NCBI RefSeq assembly: GCF_006345805.1
Contig: NC_043022.1
Coordinates: 3,720,001 to 3,784,000, forward strand
DNA length: 64,000 nt
From: Octopus sinensis
Taxonomy: Eukaryota
Direction: 5' to 3'
Below, in pieces: positions 1 to 12,452 of this stretch. The stretch's first letter is position 1. The number at the start of each line of letters is the position of its first letter. The position numbers and the translations under genes are program-made. Under the pieces are notes generated by a model. It worked only from the letters and a program-made list of their open reading frames with translations, did no database searches and was not told where the DNA came from.

Positions 1-559
1 AAAGAGAGAACAGCCAATGAAATCGAAGTGGGCGGAGTTTACAAAAAAGTAGGCGGAGTTTAGACGACAAGGCTACCACCAAACCATTGTCGCCTGCTCA
101 TTCGAGCATTACTAAAGATACGTGCTGTTTGACTGAGTTTTTTTCATTTTTCTTATTTCTCCCGCCGCACAGCTGATGCACTCCAGAGCCAGGCATCAAC
201 GTCACGGCCTCCCATATAATCAAAGGAAACATATATATTACCTTACATCCACCTCGATAGCAACAGATGTCGCACAGAACAACAAACGTTAGCAATAAAA
301 GAAAATCAAAATTTAACAAGAGAGTCACTGTGGGTACTGAACCTGCTAAAAATAGCAGCCGGTCAGTCCTAATCCAGTAAATTTACGAGCAAAGGCACTC
401 CAGCGCTGGCTATCACGTCAACTTTGCCTTTCAGAGTCGATAATATATGTACCAGTTGATTACTGGGGGTCCGCGTACTTTATTTCCTCACCCGAAATTG
501 CTGGCCTTGCGCCAAAATTGGAAACCATTATTATTACAATTATTATTATTATTATTATT

Positions 560-1000
560 AAATTCCGCCGAGGTCGACTTTGCCTTTCATCCTTTCGGGG
601 CCGATTAAATAAGTACCAAGTTACGCACTGGGGTCGATGTATTCGACTTAGTCCATTTGTCTGTCCTTGTTTGTCCTCTCTCTGTTTAGCCCCTTGTGGG
701 TAATAAAGAAACAGGTATTTTGTCTGTCTTTACATTCTGAGTTCAAATTCCGCCGAGGTCAACTTTGCCTTTCATTCTTTCGGGGTCGATTAAATAAGTA
801 CCAGTTACGCACTGGGGTCGATATAATCGATATAATAGGTATTTCGTCTGTCGTTACGTTCTGAGTTCAAATTCCGCCCCGGTCGACTTTGCATTTCATT
901 CTTTCTAGGTCGATAAATTAAGTACCAGTTACGCACTGGGGGTCGATGTAAATGACTATCCCCTTCCCCCAACTTTCAGGTCTTGTGCTTATAACAGAAA
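560..1000 (+). mobile_element. SINE family B (tRNA head + Meta-domain-like core), multimer
   Basis: B-box GAGTTCAAATTCC and core GTCGACTTTGCCTTTCATCCTTTCGGGGTCGATAAATTAAGTACCAG resemble the MetaSINE domain. Three tandem units are joined by a CCTTGTTTGTCC...GTAATAAAGAAA linker. Confidence 0.8.
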
Positions 1001-1076
1001 TTACTTCTTTTTTTTTTAGCTACACCTCCCTCTCTCATGTCTGGACCAAATCTTAAAAAGACCACATTACACAGTA

Positions 1077-1683
1077 CAGTAATCCCTCGACTATCGCGAC
1101 CCCACTTTTTCCCCCGTGATAAGTGAAAATCCGCGAAGTAGAAACAGTACAGTAGTGTATATTTTTTGCTATTATTTTTATGATTTATTTATATTTATTT
1201 CAGGAGTGGCTGTGTGGGAAGTAGCTTGCTAACCAACCACATGGTTCCGGGTTCAGTCCCACTGCGTGGCATCTTGGGCAAGTGTCTTCTGCTATAGCCT
1301 CGGGCCGACCAATGCCTTGTGAGTGGATTTGGTAGACGGAAACTGAAAAGAAGCCTGTCGTATATATGTATATATATGTGTGTGTGTGTGTCTGTGTTTG
1401 TCCCCCTAGCATTGCTTGACAACCGATGCTGGTGTGTTTGCGTCCCCGTTACTTAGCGGTTCGGCAAAAAAAAGACCGATAGAATAAGTACTGGGCTTAC
1501 AAAGAATAAGTCCCGGGGTCGATTTGCTCGACTAAAGGCGGTGCTCCAGCATGGCCGCAGTTAAATGACTGAAACAGGTAAAAGAGTAAAGAGTATAAAT
1601 GCAAAACAACACCGCGGAGGAATCGACGTAAGCGTCAATAATAAACCGTGATAAGTGAACCGCGATATGGTGAGGGAGTACTG
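1077..1683. mobile_element. Tigger/pogo-like MITE interrupted by a SINE
   Basis: TA|CAGTAATCCCTCGACTATCGCG ... CGCGATATGGTGAGGGAGTACTG|TA. A SINE is inserted at about 1201-1597. Confidence 0.7.
1201..1597 (+). mobile_element. SINE family A (tRNA-derived, CORE-like, internal (TA)n, (AAAGAGT)n tail)
   Basis: A-box TGGCTGTGTGG, B-box GGTTCAGTCCC, CORE-like CCTTGGGCAAGTG, internal TA microsatellite, and 3' GAAACAAGTAAAAGAGT tail. Confidence 0.85.
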
Positions 1684-1974
1684 TATGTCCTGCCCCTTTT
1701 AGCAGAATCTGGTGTGGTTTAGCTGCTATTTTTAGCAGGTCCAGTACCCACAGTGACCCCTCCGTCATCTCGTTGACAAACATGTGACTTGCAGGACGCC
1801 GCAAAACTTAAATCACCCGTTTTCTTTTCTCCAAGTGTACTCCAAGGTGAACTATGCTTGAAAAACTAGCATAGTCTTTCTGAACTAGACCGAGTTCGAT
1901 CCTAGGTCTACTCAATCAGGACTAACCTAGGGTTACCACACACAACGCCATGATGCTTCACAAATTTTTTTTTT

Positions 1975-2178
1975 TTACTTGTTTCAGTCATTTTGACTGC
2001 GGCCATGCTGGAGCGCCGCCTTTAGTCGAGCAACTCAACCCCAGAACTTATTCTTTGTAAGCCCAGTACTTATTCTATCGGTCTCTTTTTGCCGAACCGC
2101 TAAGTAACGGGGACATAAACACACCAGCATCGGTTGTCAAGCAATGCTAGGGGGACAAACACAGACACATAAACATAT

Positions 2179-2225
<47 letters not shown>

Positions 2226-2392
2226 TACGACGGGCTTCTTTCAGTTTCCGTCTACCAAATCCACTCACAAGGCATTGGTCGGCCCGAGGCTATAGTAGAA
2301 GACACTTGCCCAAGGTGCCACGCAGTGGGACTGAACCCGGAACCATGTGGTTGGTAAGCAATCTACTTACCACACAGCCACTCCTGCGCCTC
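1975..2392 (-). mobile_element. SINE family A, full-length
   Basis: Reverse complement of the 1201-1597 sequence, near-identical. Confidence 0.85.
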
Positions 2393-2471
2393 CTCCTGTT
2401 TCAAAATTTCGCACAAGGCCAGCAATTTCGGGGGAGGGGCTAAATCCCCCAAAAGGATGAAAGGCGGAGTG

Positions 2472-2571
2472 NNNNNNNNNNNNNNNNNNNNNNNNNNNNN
2501 NNNNNNNNNNNNNNNNNNNNNNNNNNNNNNNNNNNNNNNNNNNNNNNNNNNNNNNNNNNNNNNNNNNNNNN
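2472..2571. other. Assembly gap (100 N)
   Basis: Run of exactly 100 N, typical of a gap of unknown size. Confidence 0.98.
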
Positions 2572-4442
2572 AAGTCAGACTAGCAATTCCCCTAATCTCA
2601 GGGAATGTCCTAATGGGGTCTATTTTTTTAAGGGTCACCTAATTGGGGCCCCGTGAACCCACTATTATAACTGCATTTTAAACTAAATAAATGGCATTGG
2701 CGACCAAATCGGAGCAATGACAATGAATTTCATACAATGAGCCCCCAGGGAGTATCACAAAGAGGTTCAATTTCTGAAGGGCGCTTACTTGGGGCCCTGC
2801 TGACCTCCCTATTTTTACTGCATTTACCTCGCTCCTACGCTTATTGATTACACTATGATCAGCATCAGTGCTTGGCACATTTGCAGAAATAAGTTTCATT
2901 ATAGAAAGGTAGAGGGCTGTGAAGTAGCTTGATGGTGGGGCCAAAGGCCTCGAAGGTGCCTTCTGTAGGAGCTAACCTGAATGCTGCCCAAAGGGTGGTT
3001 TCAAGGCTAGTGGTTAAAAAAAATACAGAACCCAGAACCATGTGGTTAGGAAGCAAGCTTCTTACCACACATACACACACATATATATATACAATGGATG
3101 TCTTTCAGTTTCTGTCTATCAGATCCACTCCCAAAGCTTTGGTCAGCCCAAGGTTTTAGTAGAAGACACTTGCCCAAAGTGACACACAGTGGGACTGAAC
3201 CCAGAACCATGTGGTTGGGAAGCAAGCTTCTTGCCACACAGCCACGCCTGCGACTATACACCCAAAGTATGAAAGAGAAAAATGGGACAGTCATGTGTGG
3301 AATGTCTTTGATCGTGGCTGTCCTAGATCAAAACTGAGCTGGGTGTATATAATGAACAGTATGTAATGATTGTTTAGGCGTGTAGAGGTGAGTGTCAGAG
3401 ACGCAGTGGCAGGTTTATAGCGAATGGACGGCGACATGTGTGTAGGATTGTTTATGGTCATGCTTAAAGTATTCCAATTATGGCCTTTGGAAAGGCATGA
3501 ATGTTGCAACAACTTCTTTCAGATTCATTCGGTCACACGACTGATTTGATCATCAACACATTAGCATAAGGATATATGCGTGTATACATACGCATATTTA
3601 TGTGCTCATGTTCATCCATACATATCTATACACACATACATGCATGCTTGGATGCATATATATGCATACACAGACATATGTTCATACATATATTTATATA
3701 TACACACACGTACATCGCCATACATACATCCATACATATTTGTTCATATACACACACACACATCCATATTTATACACATACACTCACACCTTGCATATAT
3801 ACTTATACATACACATCCATACATTTATACATACATCCATACAATTATACATACATCCATACATTTATATATATGCATACACAGACATATGTTCATATAT
3901 AGATTTATATATACACACATGCACATCGCCATACATACATCCATACATATTTGTACATACACACACACACATCTATATTTATACACATACACCTTACATA
4001 TACACTTATACATACACATCCATACATTTATACATCCATAATATTTATATATGCACCCACCCATCCCCATTTACACACATACATAAACAAACGCATTTTA
4101 TACACATATCTTAATATTACATAAACAGATATGCAAGTACTAGCCATGTATATACACTCATGTCTAATGAATGCATATACCTGTATATACGCATCTGGAT
4201 CAGTGTGTGTATATGCATGCAATTCATATTTCTATGGGTATATCGCTGTGTATGCACCCTATGCATCCATGTGTTTATACACGTGTGCATCTTTATATAT
4301 ATATATTTTTTCCCCTTGTTTACAATTAACATGGAAAAAAATAGATAAATGGTTACCAGGGTAGCAAAAAATCACATGTAAAAAGGGTGTAACTCCTTGT
4401 TTTTAAGAGGTAGAAACTCTGGGTTTACGTGAAATATTTTGT

Positions 4443-4486
<44 letters not shown>

Positions 4487-4509
4487 ATATATATGTATGT
4501 ATGTATGTA

Positions 4510-5447
4510 TATCACCGTAAAAGAATGTAGCTTGTTTACCAACCACATGGTTCCGGGTTCAGTCCCACTGCGTGGCACCTTGGGCAAGTGTTTTCTACTA
4601 TAGCCTCGGGCCGACCAAAGCCTTGTGAGTGGATTTGGTAGACGGAAACTGAAAGAAGCCCGTCGTATATACGTATATATATGCGTGTATGTGTCTGTAT
4701 TTGTCCCCCTAGCATTGCTTGACAACCGATGCTGGTGTGTTTACGTCCCCGTCACTTAGCGGTTCGGCAAAAGAGACCGATAGAATAAGTACTGGGCTTA
4801 CAAAGAATAAGTCCCGGGGTCGTGTTGCTCGACTAAAAGGTGGTGCTCCAGCATGGCAGCAATCAAATGACTGAAACAAGTAAAAGAGTAAAAGAATATA
4901 TATATATATATTCTATTATTTGCTTCAGTTATTTGACTGCAGCCATGCTGGAGCACCGATTTTTAATCAAACTAATCAACCCCAGGATTTTATTCTCTGT
5001 AAGCGTAGTATTTATTCTATCAGTCTCTTATGCTGAACCACTAAGTTACAGGGACATAAACATACCAACATTGGTTGTCAACCAATGGTGGGGGGGACAA
5101 TCACAAACACACACACATATATATATATATATTATTATTTAGAAGATAAGGGAAAAAGAAAAATTCTAATGCCATATATGCCAAAATTTTTTGGTATTTT
5201 TTGATATGCTGGCCATTGATAAAATTTTTTTCCTGAAAAAAATTTTATCCTACATTATTTATATATATATGTATGTATGTATATGACAGGCTTCTTTCAG
5301 TTTCCATGTACCAAATCCACTCGCAAGGCTTCGGTCAGCCTGTGGCTATAGTAGAAGACACTTTACCTAAGGGACCTTGCAGTGGGACTGAACCCGGAAC
5401 CATGTAGTTGAGAAGGAAGCTTCTTACCACACAGCCACGCCTGGGCC
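4510..5447. mobile_element. SINE family A: + copy (4510-4872) and split - copy (4915-5125, 5285-5447)
   Basis: Same diagnostic motifs. Confidence 0.8.
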
Positions 5448-7084
5448 TATAAAATATTTGTGTGTGTGTGTGTGTGTGCGTGCGTGTGTGTGTGTGTGCA
5501 TGAGTAAGACAGAAGAATGTGCATACTCCCCCACCGTCACACACCCTCATTAAATTACTACCTGAATTTTGTATATGCGTGTGTGCGTGTGAATATGTGT
5601 GTGTGTGTGTGTGTGTCTGCAACTAAATCACTATGTGAGAAAATTCAAGATATTTCTTAAGACATTCCACATTCCTTCTGAGTGGAGGGGGGCAGTTAGT
5701 GCTGTTGTTGTTTGTGTGTGGAGTCATATGGAAAAAGAATTCGAACAGAAAAACTGGAATATAAGTAGCCATGACAGCAGTCTATAATTGCAATAGTCCA
5801 CAACTAAATGAGAGCCCTACTTAGCTGTCTGTCTGTCTGTCTCTCTCTCTCTCAGTCAACCAGTCTGTCTGTCTGTCTGTCTGTCTTTCAGCCCAGCTGT
5901 CTGTCTGTGTGTCTGTATGTGTATCTGTGTTTTTCTGTTTGTATGTCAGTCTGTGTGTGTGTGTGTGTGTGTATGAGTGTGTGTGTGTGTACATGTCTGT
6001 GTGCATGTGTGTGTGTGTGTCTATGTGAGTCTGTCTGTCTGTGTCTATGTGTGTGTGTGTACATGTCTGTCTGTCTGTCTGTCTATGTGTGCATGTCTGT
6101 GTGCATGTGCGTGTGTGTGAGTCTGTCTGTCTGTGTCTATGTGTGTGTGTGTACATGTCTGTGTCTGTGTGTGCATGTGTGTGTGTGTGTCTGTGTTTGT
6201 CCATGTCTGTCTCACATGCACACAGATAAATATGCATCACACACACACACACACATGCAATGTTACACCACCTCTACCCGCCACCAGTCCAGTAAGGTAT
6301 TTTGACAGCTGTCACAGTATTAAAACATCAAAAAGGGGCCAAGACAAGGCCCCAGTAATGGTTCTGTAAGTAGGACACAATCGGAGGAAATTAACATCCT
6401 CCACCCCACTCCCACTACTGCCACCCTACTCACCTTTACACACACACACACACCATAGAACCATAAGAGAACAGGGAACACCAAAGTAACATGTCCAGTT
6501 GGATGGAGAGGGAGAGAAGAGTGACGGACAGAGAGAGAAAGAGAGGGGTGAGAGAGAAATCTAGAGAAAGGGAGAGAGACAAGAGTGATGGAGGGGAGGA
6601 AGGAGAGAGAGAACAGATCTATCACCTTTGGTCTAATGCAGGGAAAAAACGTAACATCACACACACAGAGTCTATCATAGAACCATAACAGACCAGTGAA
6701 CACCTAGAGAGAGAGAGAGAGGGAGAGAGAGAGGTGATATACCTATCAGCTTGGGTCTAAATCAGGAAGGAATGTCTGATTGAATTTCTTCACCCCCACC
6801 CCTCCACACCACTCCGTCTATTTACTCTGAAGAAGGCAGAGGAGGAGGAGGAGGAGAAGGTGAGTGTGACTTTATATCACTTGAGCTCACAGACCAACAA
6901 CACAGATTCCACATGGTCAGATGGCGTCCTTACACACACACACGTACACCTCAAGGGTTTGAGTAATGTTCAATAACTTTAGTTTTTGACCAAGAGAGGT
7001 AGAGTTAAAGAAATGGCAAATTCTAGAAAAACTTGCTTAAGTACCAATCAATGTAAAAAGTAAAAAGTATCCAAGTTCCAATAA

Positions 7085-7300
7085 AAGAATCTCATTATAT
7101 ATACGCCATGATAGATCGTTAGCTCCTACACGCATTTTTTTTTCTCTCCTTGTTTTTTTCTGTGTATCTTTCTGTCGAAGAGCGTAGGCTCGAAACGTAA
7201 AAGACTTTTTCTATTTCTATTCCTGAGCGCTATACTAATACATTTGTTTGTTTGTACTCCACCTGCCTTCGTCTTTTGCTTATTTTCGTAAACTTTCCCT
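7085..7300 (+). mobile_element. Penelope-type terminal-repeat fragment with hammerhead-like motif
   Basis: TCTTT-CTGTCGA-A-GAGC-GTAG-GCTC-GAAAC-GTA-AAAGA at 7167-7204, within a pyrimidine-rich repeat ending in (TA)n. Confidence 0.6.
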
Positions 7301-7790
7301 TTATATATATATATATTTCTTCTTCTTTATCCCCGTCTGTCTTGATGGACAATGGGTTGCGCCAAGGGTGGGGCCTACTTTGATGATGTGCAGCGTCTGC
7401 TATGACTGAACAGTCCAATTCTAGAGTGGCAGTCCTTGGTGCAGTTGCTGCACACGAACATCGATATATTGGTAAAAACGGTAAGATAACAAAAGAAAGA
7501 GACCTCAATATTATGTAAATAGAGGAATTTATCTGTAAATATAATTTGCTTGTGTATTGGGGCATCACTGTATATATATATATATATATATAAAGTATGT
7601 TTACAGACAAGTACCCCATTTATGTATGTTTGAACTCAGACCATAATATATATGTGTGTATTTATACACACACACATATATATGTATGGGTGTGTATATA
7701 TTTTTATATATGTTTAGGGACGGTTATTTTGCCAGTAATCACATGTACTACTTATTTGATCTTCATTCTAGCTTTATCATCATCATTATC

Positions 7791-8158
7791 ATTAGCTCCA
7801 CCTTAACGAAGGCAGAGGTATTGTTTTCAGTTGCGTTTGTTTCTTTGTCTGTGGACAAGGTATCTTAAGAACCGCTGGATGAATTTGGATGAAACTTTCA
7901 AGGATGTGTGACCTCATGACTGGAACAAACTGATTAGATTTTGGGATCGATCTGGCACCGGACAAGGATTCTGGATTATTTTTCCGGATTTTTTACTTCA
8001 TTTCTGAGAGCGGTTGAATTCCTTTTCACTATTCTTGTTTATGAGAGCAGTCGAGTTTATTTCAGATATTTTCATTTTAAAAATCATGTCTGGCTAATCA
8101 TTGAGAGCACATCGGTGTTGCCTTGAAGGAGGTTTGCACTCTCTGAATGCTCTTATTT
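7791..8158 (+). mobile_element. Helentron-type non-autonomous element (second family)
   Basis: ATTAGCTCCACC...GGCAGAGGTATTGTTTTC...GAATTTGGATGAAACTTT...GGAGGTTTGCACTCTCTGAATGCTCTTATT resembles the widespread ATTACCTCCGCC...GGAGGTTTGCGCTCT HINE family. Confidence 0.6.
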
Positions 8159-8941
8159 TTAAGGTAATGAGCTGGTAGAATCATTAGCATGCCGGACAAG
8201 TTCAAATTCTGCCAAGGTCAGCTTTGCCTTTCATCCTTTCAGGGGTTCATAAAAGGTGATGCAATTGACTAGCACCCTCCCCTCAAATTTCAGGCCTTGT
8301 GCCTTTAGTAGAAAAGATGATTATTATTATTTTGCTGTATCTGGGGAGGGTCATACTGCCTTAATATTTAACACACTTACCGTTTCAATTTCCATTCATT
8401 TATTTATTTATTTATTCCGGAAAACTTTTCCATTGCTGCATTTGCAACTGTATCAATGGATTTTGACTAACTGTCCATTATTAGTTTGTCAGAGTTCCTT
8501 TGTCAAAAATTCCGTGACCCCTTCAATGACTTTCTGTTCTTTTCCACGTCTTCCCTTCTTTCTGGTTTTGTCCTATTTGCACCACAGAAAGACAAGATGG
8601 ATATATTTTTTTTTTCTTAAATTATTACATCACCCCCTCCATTGCCACCATCTTCACTTTCCAACTACACAAGAAGGGGAGGGTGGATTCAAAATGGAGA
8701 GGAGTGAGGGGGGTGAGAAGACGGAAGACCTACTTGATAGATAAGTCCTCTCCTCAATGGAATTAGTAGTGATAGTAACAGGTGTAGGAAGGAAGGAAGG
8801 AACTCATGGATGATAAATAGGGTCTTGGAGGAAATGGCATAAAGAGCTAAAATATCAAAGAACTTCGGGGGGGGGCGTAAAGAAGGAAATCCATTATACG
8901 TATTAACTGAGGAACTGCCACAATTGTCCCCAAAAATATAT

Positions 8942-9775
8942 TTAACCCTTTGGCGTTCAGATCACTCTGCCAATTTATTGATTCTGATTGTTTTGAATTA
9001 ATCATGAATCATCTTTTGCCAGCCTCGTCTGGCACCTGTGTCGGTGGCACATAAAAAACACCATCCGAGCGTGGCCGTTTGCCAGCCTCGTCTGGCACCT
9101 GTGTCGGTGGCACATAAAAAACACCATCCGAGCGTGGCCGTTCGCCAGCCTCGTCTGGCACCTGTGTCGGTGGCACATAAAAAACACCATCCGAGCGTGG
9201 CCGTCTGCCAGCCTCGTCTGGCACCTGTGTCGGTGGCACATAAAAAACACCATCCGAGCGTGGCCGTTCGCCAGCCTCGTCTGGCACCTGTGTCGGTAGC
9301 ACATAAAATCACCCACTACACTCTCGGAGTGGTTGGCGTTAGGAAGGGCATCCAGCTCTAGAAACACTGCCAGATCTGACTGGCCTGGTGCAGCCTTCGG
9401 GCTTCCCAGACCCCAGTTGAACCGTCCAACCCATGCTAGCATGGAAAGCGGACGTTAAACGATGATGATGATGATGATGTCTTGTAGCCTCAAAATTTTG
9501 ATGATGTGACTATTTTCTGAATGACATTGTAGAGCAGGTGTAAGAGGCTGGATCTACCCTTTAGCACTCATATTACTCTGTCGAATGTAATGCTTATTTA
9601 TTCATGTTTAATCACAAATTGTCTTGTAGCCTCAAAATGTTCATGAGGTGACAGTTTATTTCGAGAATGGCATTGTAGGGTAGGTGTGAGAGGCCAGATC
9701 TGGCCAGTTTGAACACAAAATAACAGAATATTTTGGTCAGATGCGGGCAGTTTAAGTAATACAAAAGGGTTCAAA
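8942..9775. mobile_element. piggyBac-like MITE family 2 (two copies, the first interrupted by a SINE); another partial copy at about 15490-15630
   Basis: TTAACCCTTT(A/G)GC(A/G)TTCAGAT start and ...AAAAGGGTT end, with shared interior (TTTTGAATTAATCATG, GACATTGTAGGGTAGG). Confidence 0.6.
9016..9478 (+). mobile_element. SINE family C (GGAAGGGCATCC motif, (GAT)n tail) with a 63-bp internal tandem repeat
   Basis: About 4.7 copies of a 63-bp unit, then GGCGTTAGGAAGGGCATCCAGC...CCAACCCATGCTAGCATGGAAAGCGGACGTTAAAC(GAT)n. The tail is of the type seen on the RTE copy at 11894. Confidence 0.8.
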
Positions 9776-10487
9776 TAAAATCAGAGTCAAGTCGTTATTT
9801 GAGGGCCCATAGCTGAGATGCTACCAAACCTGTTACAAGCATATGCCTTATGAGAAAGTGAGTGCAGGTGTTTGAAATTGAGCTGATGACAGCTGTATAC
9901 ATGTCGCACACAATTCTATGCTGTGGTCTTTGTGTTATGTCATAGTCTACCCTCGGATGCGGATAACCTGTGTGTATAAACGACAGTGGGAGTTTTAATG
10001 TGATTAACATTAGAGTCGAAACCGGAATGGTTTAACTGTCATGCATCAATCATATATATATATATATATTTTTTTTAGGATGGACTCTCTCGTCATTAGT
10101 TGACATATGACCAATACAAGTGTAGTGGTCGGTCACTTTGACCAACACATTCTAAATGAAAAAAAATTAAATTCACTTGATTAAATAGTGGTTGGCATTT
10201 GGAAGGGCATCCAGCTGCAAAAACCCTGCCAAAGCAGACAGTGGAGCTTGGCACAGTTCCCCAGGCTGACCATCTCCTGTCAAACCGTCCAACCCATGCC
10301 AGCATGGAAAACGGATGCTAAATGATGATGGGTATCCCACCCCTGTACATCAGTGTAAATTAGTGTGGATTATAAGATTGTCTGGAAAGTCAGTGCTGAT
10401 AAGAGAATGTCAAAGGACATGATAGGTCCTCAAAGTAAACCTTGTAGCCAACTCAGACATTAAGGATCCACAGAAATAAGAGTTGGC

Positions 10488-10715
10488 TACGTGAGCTGGC
10501 AGAAACGTTAGCACGCCGGGCGAAAATGCGTAGCCATATTTCGTCTGTCGTTACGTTCCGAGTTCAAATTCCGCCGAGGTCGACTTTGCCTTTCATCCTT
10601 CCGGGGTCGATAAATCAAGTACCAGTTATGCACTGGGTCAATGTAATCGACTTAATCCCTTTGTCTGTCCTTGTTTGTCCCCTCTGAGTTTAGCCCCTTG
10701 TGGGTAGTAAATAAA
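10488..10715 (+). mobile_element. SINE family B, full-length monomer plus linker
   Basis: GAGCTGGCAGAAACGTTAGCACGCCGGGCG head, B-box and core. Confidence 0.8.
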
Positions 10716-10731
10716 TATACAGGTAATGATT

Positions 10732-10980
10732 TGTGTCCTTGAGCAAGTTACTTTACTGCTCATTGTTCCAGTCCACTCAGCTGGCAAAAATGAGTCGTAC
10801 CTGTAATACAAAAGGGGCCAGCCTTGTCACATTCTGTGTCATGCAAAATCTCCCTGAGAACTATGTGAAGTATCTGCGTGTCTGTGGAATATTCAGCCAC
10901 TTGCACATTGACTTCACGAGCAGGCTGTTCCATTGATTGGATCGAATGAAACCCTCATTATCATAACCGATGGAGTTTCC
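10732..10980 (+). mobile_element. SINE sharing its 3' half with family D but with a CORE-like middle
   Basis: TGTGTCCTTGAGCAAG... then CCTTGTCACATTCTGTGTCATGC...ACCGATGGAGTTTCC, homologous to the reverse complement of 31781-31940. Confidence 0.6.
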
Positions 10981-11626
10981 ATAGTTACATACATTGTTTC
11001 AAATTTTGACACAAGGCCGGCAATTTTAGGGGAGTGGGGGTCAGCCAATTACATCAGCGCCAGAACTTAACTGATACTTTATTTTATTAATCCAGGAAGG
11101 ATGGAAATTTTCTTTAAGTTTCAAGACATTAATTTAAATATCAAAACCTACCCCCTCTACTCAACACACACAGACAGACCCACTTAAATATACATCACGC
11201 TCTAGGATAACGGGAGCCATCTTTCATGTGTGTGTGTGTGTGTGTGTGTGTTGTGCTGATTATGATGAGGCAGAGATGACTGGAAGATAATATTTGTCAT
11301 GAGGAAAAAAAAAAACAAAAACAACAAGGAGATAATGTTTAGTCAGGTGGGCTAAAAAAGCCATTAACGAAGTTTTTAACTTCCTCACAAGATGCTCCGA
11401 CCAGATAAGGAATCATAAAAGCCTGAGGGGTTGTTAAGAGAAGATAAATCTCCAGAATTATTATTATTATTATTATTATTAATATCGCAGATCTAAGAGC
11501 CAGGAACTATATTTCTGATATGTAAAATATAAAACAGCTGTGTTTTAAAACATTTATTAATTGAACAATTTTCCGTTTTTGTTTTTATTTTTTGTAGAAG
11601 AAAAGTTTTCCTAGACACGTTTTTAA

Positions 11627-11847
11627 CCCTTTCATTACCATATTCATTTTGAGATGCTCTGAGTTTCTTTCAATTAATTGTAAATATAACAAAGAATTTA
11701 GTAAAATAACTTAGTTATCATTAAGCTAGTGTTAGGAACATAAATTGTGACTAAGGTTTGGTGGAAGATTTTAATTCAAAACTTATGAAAACAAGACATT
11801 TATACTCAGAGCCAGAGCCGGTTTTGGCCGGGTTAGTATCAAAAGGG
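11627..11847. mobile_element. piggyBac-like MITE
   Basis: TTAA|CCCTTTC ... CAAAAGGG|TTAA. Related fragments lie at about 25750-25925, 33600-33690 and 34090-34260. Confidence 0.7.
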
Positions 11848-11893
11848 TTAATATCTGCTTAACTCCTTTGTTACTGTATTTCTGGTGAAATAA

Positions 11894-12334
11894 TCATCAT
11901 CATCATCATTGTTCGACTGTGGTCGAGACAATGGAATTTACCATGCTACGCCAGACTTCACGGTCCATCATGGCATTACGGAGGTCCTGTTGCTGGATGC
12001 CTGTATCCCTGGAGATTACATCAGGGTAGGAGAGTGTGCGCCCTCTGGTATTGCGAGTAGATGGCTTGAAATATTCAAAGCCACAGTCAAACCAATTCTA
12101 CTATATGGCTCAGAAACCTGGACGTTATCAAAGAAGCTTGAGAGGCAGTTGGATGGAACCTACACTCGCCTCCTTATGAGAGCTCAAAATCTCTCGTGGA
12201 AGCGCCATCCAACCAAAATGCAAATATATGGGAAACTACCACCTGTGTCATCTCTTGTGAAAGGTAGGAGAGTCCAGTTTGCTGGACATTGTTGTAGAGC
12301 TGAAAAAGAGGTAATTTCTACTCTTCTCCTCTGG
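11894..12334. mobile_element. 5'-truncated RTE-clade LINE with 5' inversion and 13-bp TSD
   Basis: 12068-12334 (+) encodes EIFKATVKPILLYGSETWTL...RRVQFAGHCCRAEKEVISTLLLW. 12067-11894 (-) continues KPSTRNTRGRTLSYPDVISRDTG...DREVWRSMVNSIVSTTVEQ* followed by a (GAT)n tail. TSD TCTGGTGAAATAA lies at 11881-11893 and 12330-12342. Confidence 0.9.
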
Positions 12335-12452
12335 TGAAATAAACTGTCTTGAAAATAACGAAGAATTTAGTAAATTAAATGTCAATAATGAATTGGAGTC
12401 TGGAAATGTAAACCGATGTGGAATTTAGATGGAATGTTTTGATTTAGATAAA

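Noticed and set aside
2144-2443. Recurrent ORFs MLGGQTQTH... / MSSNARGTNTD...
   Set aside because: Translations of SINE family A copies, not a gene family.
2789-2930. Minus-strand exon candidate ending GPQ|GTAAGC
   Set aside because: Not TRAF4-like, wrong phase, and close to the gap where sequence quality looks low.
3576-4114. His/Thr/Tyr/Ile-rich ORFs (also 23639-24946, 36940-37958, 44190-44920, 63002-63997)
   Set aside because: Translations of CA/TA/GT microsatellites, open in several frames on both strands.
8998-9442. Cys/His-repeat ORFs resembling zinc fingers (also 15812-16231, 45034-45812)
   Set aside because: Produced by minisatellites within or derived from SINE family C; no C2H2 spacing.
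11909-12337. 142-aa ORF as a host gene
   Set aside because: A chimera of antisense and sense parts of the inverted RTE fragment.
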